DNA of 64,000 nucleotides from Escherichia phage RudolfBernhard_Bas96: sequence record PQ850623.1; one strand, 5' to 3'. Shown piece by piece: positions 58,533 to 64,000 of this stretch (position 1 is its first letter; each line of letters starts with the position of its first letter). The notes under the pieces were generated by a model. It saw only the letters and a program-made list of their open reading frames with translations, ran no database searches and was not told where the DNA came from. The position numbers and the translations under genes were made by a program.

Positions 58533-59707
58533 TATTTCATTCCTTTAGGGATGTGAACTACCCCCCCAAAAGGTACGGTAGCATTAGGATTATTCAGAAC
58601 ACACCAGATGATAGGGATATCAAATGGCAATTCTTCCATTGGACGAACATACATATCGGAGAATACGATTGCAGCGGTTGGCTTATTCTTAATAATCCAT
58701 TCACGCACTGGCTCAAGGTTTGTGCCACCACGACCAGTAATCTTAATCTCTTCAAAAGTATCTTCTTCAGTGATGTCTATTTCTTCTTGGATAATATCGT
58801 CGAAGGTAATAAGGGTCATCTTCTTAGGATTGAACTGGCTCTTAACGTAGGCAACCTCTGAGTTAAAACGCAGAGAGTCAGCACTACTAATAGAACCAGA
58901 TACATCCTCAAAGTAGGCTAAGTGTCGTAAGCGTCCTTCATCATCTTCCAGCGATGGTAGATAGATATCAGTGAAACGACGGTTAGGTCTGGCCCACGTA
59001 TAGTGTGTATCATCAATGTCGGTAAAGAAGTTCAGCAGGACTTCCTGCCAAGGAACCACTGGTTTAAGGAATTGGGTAATTACCTCTTCCATACGACCAG
59101 CACCCTTACCTGGCATCATTCCACCAGCCATCTTCTGGCTTTGCATTGCACGAACTACGTTGTTGACAACAGCGCCCTGGGACTGCCCCGAAGAGGGGGC
59201 TTTCATGTCGCCAGCAAGACCTGCTCCAGCACCCCCTGACGGCTTCTGCCTTTTCTGAGGGTTCTTCATCAAGTCGTCGTAGATGTCTTCTTCGACCCAT
59301 CCTTTATATTGAGGATCTTTGCAAATGCCTTCGTCAATACCGGTGAACTTGTAACCATCCTCTTCTAACTGAAGGTTAATGAAGTGGTCACATGCCTGGT
59401 TCCAGACTTCCGGGTCACGGCTTCCACGACGGATGCCATGTAGATATGCCACATGCCAGAGTTCGTGCATTAGCACTGTTTCTCTTGTATCGGGACACAT
59501 CCATATAAAGAAGTCTGGGTTGAAATGGAGTTCTATCCCATCAGTACATGCAGTGGGACAGTCTTCACGTTTCCATGAGAACTTAAGACTACACAGCAGT
59601 GAACCAAAAAACGCTGCACTACGTCCGAGAAAGGCGTTAGCTTGGATCCTGTCGTACTCACGCATGAGTTGTTCATCACTAAGTGTGTGCTGAGGTATCT
59701 GGTTCAT
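58532..59707 (-). CDS. vWA-domain protein with N-terminal HExxH metallopeptidase-like domain (N4 gp25-like partner of the AAA+ ATPase)
   Basis: HELWH zinc-binding-type motif; vWA MIDAS-like FEDVSGSIS; start at ATG 59705-59707, 7 nt after the ATPase stop (track start 59941 would overlap the ATPase by 227 nt). Confidence 0.55.
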   Translation of the reverse strand: MNQIPQHTLSDEQLMREYDRIQANAFLGRSAAFFGSLLCSLKFSWKREDCPTACTDGIELHFNPDFFIWMCPDTRETVLMHELWHVAYLHGIRRGSRDPEVWNQACDHFINLQLEEDGYKFTGIDEGICKDPQYKGWVEEDIYDDLMKNPQKRQKPSGGAGAGLAGDMKAPSSGQSQGAVVNNVVRAMQSQKMAGGMMPGKGAGRMEEVITQFLKPVVPWQEVLLNFFTDIDDTHYTWARPNRRFTDIYLPSLEDDEGRLRHLAYFEDVSGSISSADSLRFNSEVAYVKSQFNPKKMTLITFDDIIQEEIDITEEDTFEEIKITGRGGTNLEPVREWIIKNKPTAAIVFSDMYVRPMEELPFDIPIIWCVLNNPNATVPFGGVVHIPKGMK

Positions 59708-59714
59708 GTTGTGA

Positions 59715-60767
59715 TTATCCGTGAATGTAACGAGAGATATTGGCAGCAGCCTTACGCCACTCAGGGGTAGCCTGAATTTCTGGTAATGCTCTGCCCACTG
59801 TACGGAAGTACAGAATCTTATGGGTGAACGTTTTAAAGCGTTCAATGTACTGAAGAACATCTGTGAAGTTATCTTCAGTAGTTTTGTTAGCCAGATGGTT
59901 AACGGTAGCCCAACACAGGTTATTATCTTCAGGCAATGCACAGCCCAGAGGGTCTTTGACTACCTTCTCAATCGTAATCATACGATTGTATACCTGAGTG
60001 AACTGAACAAACTCTACGGCCTTACCTGGTGTAACAAAACCGCTGTAGTACAAGGAATCTTCATCAGGCAGAGCACCTTCTGGTTGGTTCTTGAGGTCTT
60101 TGTTAATGAAGTCCCAGGTACGTGGGCAGCAGAATGTCTTGTTCTTATGGGCGGGGTCGAAGTCGTGTAGATAGCCAGGGTTAGCATGTAAGAATGCAAC
60201 CAGACGCTCATCCCATTCTTGCGGAATCATTACGTCTTCAACAAAGATGTCGAAGTTAAGTTCCATTTCAAAGTGAACAACACGAGACTGCATTGCAGTA
60301 CCCAGTGGGTTAACGATAGCACGGTCAGTAGCTTTGTTACCGGCACAGATAATCATCACATTAGGGTGAAGTTTTTTCTGTCCAGTCATACGGTCTAGAA
60401 TCAGTTTGTATGCAGCAGCTACTACTTCTTTCTTAGCTGAGTTGAACTCATCAAGGAACAGGAGCCAGCCATTATAACCTTCTGGTACTTCATCCCCCTC
60501 GATAGGGAATAAGTCAGCAAAGGGAATAAACTCTGCACGGTCACCTTTACGGAATGGTAGACCAGACAAGTCTTCCGGGGCAGAAGTAGACAGACGATGG
60601 TCAATCAGCTTCATACCAAATTCTTCTGCAACAGAACGAATAATTGCAGACTTACCCATGCCTGGTGATGAAGTCAGGAATGGTACGTTACCTGCTTGCA
60701 AGGCACGGATAATAAAGTTACGGGCTTGGCGTGTATTACATACAGTCAAGGAGTCAATGCTCGCCAT
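59715..60767 (-). CDS. MoxR-like AAA+ ATPase
   Basis: Walker A SPGMGKSAI, Walker B LFLDEFNSA (MoxR-type DE-x-N). Confidence 0.65.
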   Translation of the reverse strand: MASIDSLTVCNTRQARNFIIRALQAGNVPFLTSSPGMGKSAIIRSVAEEFGMKLIDHRLSTSAPEDLSGLPFRKGDRAEFIPFADLFPIEGDEVPEGYNGWLLFLDEFNSAKKEVVAAAYKLILDRMTGQKKLHPNVMIICAGNKATDRAIVNPLGTAMQSRVVHFEMELNFDIFVEDVMIPQEWDERLVAFLHANPGYLHDFDPAHKNKTFCCPRTWDFINKDLKNQPEGALPDEDSLYYSGFVTPGKAVEFVQFTQVYNRMITIEKVVKDPLGCALPEDNNLCWATVNHLANKTTEDNFTDVLQYIERFKTFTHKILYFRTVGRALPEIQATPEWRKAAANISRYIHG

Positions 60768-60801
60768 TTACTTACTCTCCTAAAGTTAATGGAATTACTA
60801 A

Positions 60802-61128
60802 TTAAGATTTAACGCATGGATACGCTGTATCAATTGCTAACAGAATCATGTCTGATGGTTTTTCTACTGCATTAACCTTTCGGTCATACAGAATAATAGA
60901 GGCCACTTTGTCAAAAAGGTGACCTAACTTAATACCATCAGGTACACAGTTATTTCCTGCTTCTGCTCCCATGGTAACCATGCCCATGAAGTAACCCTGG
61001 TTCAAAAAGTTACCCTTATCTGCTTTGTAATCAGCAGCAGCTTCCAATAAGGTTGCACGACTGGATGCTTGAGCACCGAAGGAAAGAACTGATAAAGCTA
61101 CTAGAACAACAGCAATTAAAGTTTTCAT
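60802..61128 (-). CDS. Secreted/periplasmic small protein with signal peptide
   Basis: N-terminal MKTLIAVVLVALSVLSFGAQASS signal-peptide-like sequence. Confidence 0.4.
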   Translation of the reverse strand: MKTLIAVVLVALSVLSFGAQASSRATLLEAAADYKADKGNFLNQGYFMGMVTMGAEAGNNCVPDGIKLGHLFDKVASIILYDRKVNAVEKPSDMILLAIDTAYPCVKS

Positions 61129-61314
61129 TTAGTCACCTTTTAACTCGTTGAGTTGAAGTACTCCGGTAGGGGTTAATGACCACCCAAAACCAGCATTGAA
61201 TTGTACTAAGCCCAGTTTCTTAAGAGACTGTGCTGTTTTGTTATTATGGTTGCGGGTAGCAGAACCACCTTGAACCATGCGAAGGAAGATTGCTTGGGAC
61301 TGGGTAAGTTTCAT
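61129..61314 (-). CDS. Small hypothetical protein
   Basis: 61-aa ORF. Confidence 0.3.
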   Translation of the reverse strand: MKLTQSQAIFLRMVQGGSATRNHNNKTAQSLKKLGLVQFNAGFGWSLTPTGVLQLNELKGD

Positions 61315-61499
61315 TTCTTCTCCGGTACGAACTGCATTACGCAGCTTTGATTACGAGGGATATTCAATTCACATTCATGCTTGAGGGTTTGTGTTACAGA
61401 ATTTGGAGTAGAACCAAAGTAGGTATTAGAAATAGCTACAATTCCCGCACCAATTAACCCACCTAACAAGAATGAGAAGAATGCAATCTCTTTATACAT
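61311..61499 (-). CDS. Small single-TM membrane protein
   Basis: AFFSFLLGGLIGAGIVAI hydrophobic helix in a 62-aa ORF. Confidence 0.3.
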   Translation of the reverse strand: MYKEIAFFSFLLGGLIGAGIVAISNTYFGSTPNSVTQTLKHECELNIPRNQSCVMQFVPEKK

Positions 61500-61522
61500 T
61501 TCCTGGCTCCAGGTTGTTTAAG

Positions 61523-61554
61523 TCAAAAAAAGACCTCCCTTTATTAGGGAGGTC
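61523..61554 (-). terminator. Rho-independent terminator (GACCTCCC-TAATAAA-GGGAGGTC + T7 on minus strand)
   Basis: 8-bp stem at 61531-61553; plus-strand A7 at 61524-61530. Confidence 0.6.
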
Positions 61555-61604
61555 AATCTTGAGGGTTTCCTTTCAGGGTTTATAACCCCAAATAAGGGAT
61601 ACCC

Positions 61605-62438
61605 TTATTCTGCAACAGTAACAGCGATGGTTACATCGACAGTACCGTTGGTAACTACTACAGAAGTAGCATCACCAGCAGCCACTGGTTTAACTGTCAG
61701 TACGTTACCAGCAATAGTAGCTGTAGCACGACCTGAATCTGGAGCAGTCTTGATAGACAAAGTACCAGCAGATGAACCAACAGGCATAGCTGCAATGGTT
61801 ACATTCTTACCTTCAGCAGTATCAGCAGCAACAGACAGAGCCAGTGAAGCAGGGGTAGCTACCAGTGAGCTTGCTTTGTAGTAACCTACAGCCAGCAACG
61901 AGGTATCTTCTACCGTGGTTCCATTAGCATCAGTAACAATCACTTTATAAGTACCAGCAGAAGTAGCTGTTACGTTGTTAAGGGTCAATGTTGCAGTAGC
62001 AGCAGAAGGGTTAGTACTGGAACTAATATCAGCGAATGCTGCACCAGCAGTATCAGTTTTGAATTGCCATTTATAAGTAAATGGTGCTTTACCACCTGCT
62101 ACCTCAATATGCCAGTTAATATCTTCATCTTTAATGGCAGAGATTACACGAGGCAGTTTGGTAGCAATAGTCAGGCGTGGAGTAGCTTTCATGTCGATAG
62201 TGACCGACTGCATATCCACGATGTTGTCAGGCCAGAAGCCTTCTTCAGCAGGGTTTTTAGCAGAGCGTTTATACAGCAGGTCACGTACACCGTGAAAAAT
62301 AACTAAGCTATCAGGGTAAGTGGCATCCGGATGTACAAAAGTACCTACTTCCACAGAACCACCTGGAACACTACCACCCGAATCAAGCACGGTAGCAACG
62401 TTGGTAGTTTTATTAAACGCAATCTTTAAGGTTGGCAT
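61605..62438 (-). CDS. Ig-like-domain protein, probable capsid decoration protein (N4 gp17-like by position and composition)
   Basis: Thr/Ala/Val/Ser-rich beta-type sequence with Ig-like segments (...FTYKWQF...AGTYKVIVTDANG...); sits immediately downstream of the RNAP II subunit as gp17 does in N4; followed by a strong terminator. Confidence 0.45.
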   Translation of the reverse strand: MPTLKIAFNKTTNVATVLDSGGSVPGGSVEVGTFVHPDATYPDSLVIFHGVRDLLYKRSAKNPAEEGFWPDNIVDMQSVTIDMKATPRLTIATKLPRVISAIKDEDINWHIEVAGGKAPFTYKWQFKTDTAGAAFADISSSTNPSAATATLTLNNVTATSAGTYKVIVTDANGTTVEDTSLLAVGYYKASSLVATPASLALSVAADTAEGKNVTIAAMPVGSSAGTLSIKTAPDSGRATATIAGNVLTVKPVAAGDATSVVVTNGTVDVTIAVTVAE

Positions 62439-62483
62439 GCATGTATCCTCTTGAGTAAATATGCCTAATCATTATGAAGGCTG

Positions 62484-62515
62484 ATAAAAAAGAAAGCCAC
62501 CCTCAAGGGTGGCTA
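62484..62515 (-). terminator. Rho-independent terminator (AGCCACCC-TTGA-GGGTGGCT + T-run on minus strand)
   Basis: Hairpin at 62495-62514; plus-strand A-rich 62485-62494. Confidence 0.5.
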
Positions 62516-62710
62516 GTTGTTGATGTGGTAAATCCAGTAAGCTATCCAACCGGCTAATACAAAACATCCGGCAGAGTATGCTCCATAGTAGCAATAGGCA
62601 AACTTGGATTTGTGGGCGTTAACTATAGTGAGTATCATAATAGCAGATAAAACTATCAGTACAGTTTTAGTAATAACATCATAGATGTCTGGCATGTTGA
62701 CTACCTCCAA
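62513..62710 (-). CDS. Small two-TM membrane protein
   Basis: 65 aa with two hydrophobic helices (VLIVLSAIMILTIV; CFVLAGWIAYWIY). Confidence 0.35.
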   Translation of the reverse strand: MEVVNMPDIYDVITKTVLIVLSAIMILTIVNAHKSKFAYCYYGAYSAGCFVLAGWIAYWIYHINN

Positions 62711-62711
62711 G

Positions 62712-62750
62712 CAAAAAATAAAAGCCCCATACCCGAAGGTATGAGGCCAG
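62712..62750 (-). terminator. Rho-independent terminator downstream of the RNAP II gene
   Basis: Minus-strand hairpin CCTCATACC-TTCG-GGTATGGGG followed by TTTTATTTTTTG. Confidence 0.55.
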
Positions 62751-62754
62751 TTTA

Positions 62755-63972
62755 TTAACTTAATGCATAGTCTGTTTCAAGAATGTCCTGCCAGAGGCTG
62801 TCATCCAGCTTACCAGCGGAGAACTCTTGTCCCAGTACCTGAGACAGGATGAAGCCCAGCAGGTCACTCTTAGCAATGTCAGACAGAATCTGATTGTACT
62901 GACGACGCAAGTCATTGCCATAGTTAGGGTGGCAACGGAAGCAGTCATGTACAGTCATTACAGGGAATGGTTTCTTAGGCATGGTATTGAGCGTAGCCAT
63001 GATTACATCTGTATCAACCAATGCAATCGTTACTGAGTCCAGATAATCAAAGATACGGGTAGACAGGAATCCCGACTTCTCATAGTTAGTCCACAGTGTG
63101 TTAACCATTTCATAGTTATCATTGGAGCCAACCATGTAATCACTGGTTCCTTCGCAGAGGGACTTAATATAGTTCACCTGGTTCATGCTGAAGTTACAAC
63201 GACGTAGCATCTCGCGTACCACCATCCCATCAATAGAGTGGGTGATGTTAGCAGATAGCATACGGGTCTTTTCTTCAGTACCCTGAACCATACGAGTGAT
63301 ATCGAATGGTTTACCTAAGAAGTTAACAGTCTGTACTTCAGGAACCATGACCTTAATGACAGCGTGGAAGTTGTCAGGCAGTACCCATACGTAACGGTTA
63401 GCATCCGGGTTGCCACATTGCAGTAAGAACTTGTTCAGTGCCCAAGGACCACTAGCAACAGTTTTCATTACATTCTCAAAAGTCTTGATACGGATACCTT
63501 CACCGAATACTTCTTTCGGCTTAGCTTCTGAACCATAGAATGCAGTCATAACTGCCTGCTTAGTATCACTACGTTTAATACGAGATGCTTCTCCAAGGAT
63601 GTCCAGCATCTTGTGGTAGATAACTGTGTAAGCATCACGACGTAATGGCTTACCATTCTCTCCCATGTAGTTAACTACGTTACACAGTTCAGCAGCAGAA
63701 CGGTCACCAGTCAGGCAAGCCAGTAACTGTAAGCCAGATGATGTAGCATCCAGAGCTACGGCATAACCGATAGGCTTACCGGCTTTCATATCTTTCCATG
63801 CGTTTACACCAGCGTAGAACAGCGCAGATTCTTCAGCTTCATCTACCAGATTGAACAGGTTAGCTTCATTCTCGTCGAACCAGCTAATACGTTCATCCCA
63901 TGTCTTCTTATCCAGACCGTAAGAGTTCGCAATATCAATTTTTAAATACTCTTTAGCTGTGAAAATCTGCAT
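62755..63972 (-). CDS. T7-like single-subunit RNA polymerase catalytic subunit (N4 RNAP II large subunit, gp16-like)
   Basis: Motif A ALDATSSGLQLL, motif B RSDTKQAVMTAFYGS, motif C VMTVHDCF; 405 aa, consistent with a split RNAP whose small subunit lies beyond the window. Confidence 0.7.
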   Translation of the reverse strand: MQIFTAKEYLKIDIANSYGLDKKTWDERISWFDENEANLFNLVDEAEESALFYAGVNAWKDMKAGKPIGYAVALDATSSGLQLLACLTGDRSAAELCNVVNYMGENGKPLRRDAYTVIYHKMLDILGEASRIKRSDTKQAVMTAFYGSEAKPKEVFGEGIRIKTFENVMKTVASGPWALNKFLLQCGNPDANRYVWVLPDNFHAVIKVMVPEVQTVNFLGKPFDITRMVQGTEEKTRMLSANITHSIDGMVVREMLRRCNFSMNQVNYIKSLCEGTSDYMVGSNDNYEMVNTLWTNYEKSGFLSTRIFDYLDSVTIALVDTDVIMATLNTMPKKPFPVMTVHDCFRCHPNYGNDLRRQYNQILSDIAKSDLLGFILSQVLGQEFSAGKLDDSLWQDILETDYALS

Positions 63973-64000
63973 CTTAGGCTCCTAGTTTCCACTTATATCC

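Noticed and set aside
59820-60170. 116-aa plus-strand ORF inside the AAA+ ATPase gene
   Set aside because: Antisense to a gene with clear Walker motifs; no RBS.
1-64000. Integrase, repressor or other lysogeny genes
   Set aside because: No tyrosine/serine recombinase or CI-like repressor signatures seen in any frame; gene content fits a strictly virulent N4-like phage. Absence by eye is not proof and this is an incomplete genome window.

Overview
This window reads as most of the genome of an N4-like (Schitoviridae-type) virulent podophage; all calls are by eye from the six-frame translations and the raw sequence, with no database search run. The plus strand (1-32538) carries the late/structural module: candidate small terminase, large terminase, two tailspike-like proteins with pectate-lyase-type beta-helix motifs, a holin / GH108 muramidase / nested spanin lysis cassette, portal, major capsid, internal virion proteins and a ~3600-aa virion RNA polymerase with T7-like motifs A/B/C. 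The minus strand (32573-64000) carries the early/middle module: RNAP II catalytic subunit, Ig-like decoration-type protein, MoxR-like AAA+ ATPase with a vWA/HExxH partner, dCTP-deaminase-like and ThyX genes, two HNH-AP2 homing-endonuclease-like genes, an Imm-like membrane protein, rIIA/rIIB-like pair, SF1 helicase, family A DNA polymerase, Cas4-like nuclease, primase-like protein, SSB-like protein and RuvC-like resolvase. The two modules converge on a bidirectional terminator at ~32550. The most unusual region is a ~2-kb ORF-free RNA island (34090-36128) holding at least six tRNA-like elements; the two I could fold by hand have intact acceptor, D and T arms but non-canonical anticodon regions. 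Other candidates worth follow-up are a DUF2829/Tad2-like protein (possible anti-Thoeris sponge), an HExxH motif inside the virion RNAP and an acidic low-complexity protein beside the SSB. No integrase, repressor or CRISPR array was seen. Family assignments rest on remembered motifs and N4 gene order, and several start codons were moved from the longest-ORF track to RBS-supported ATGs.
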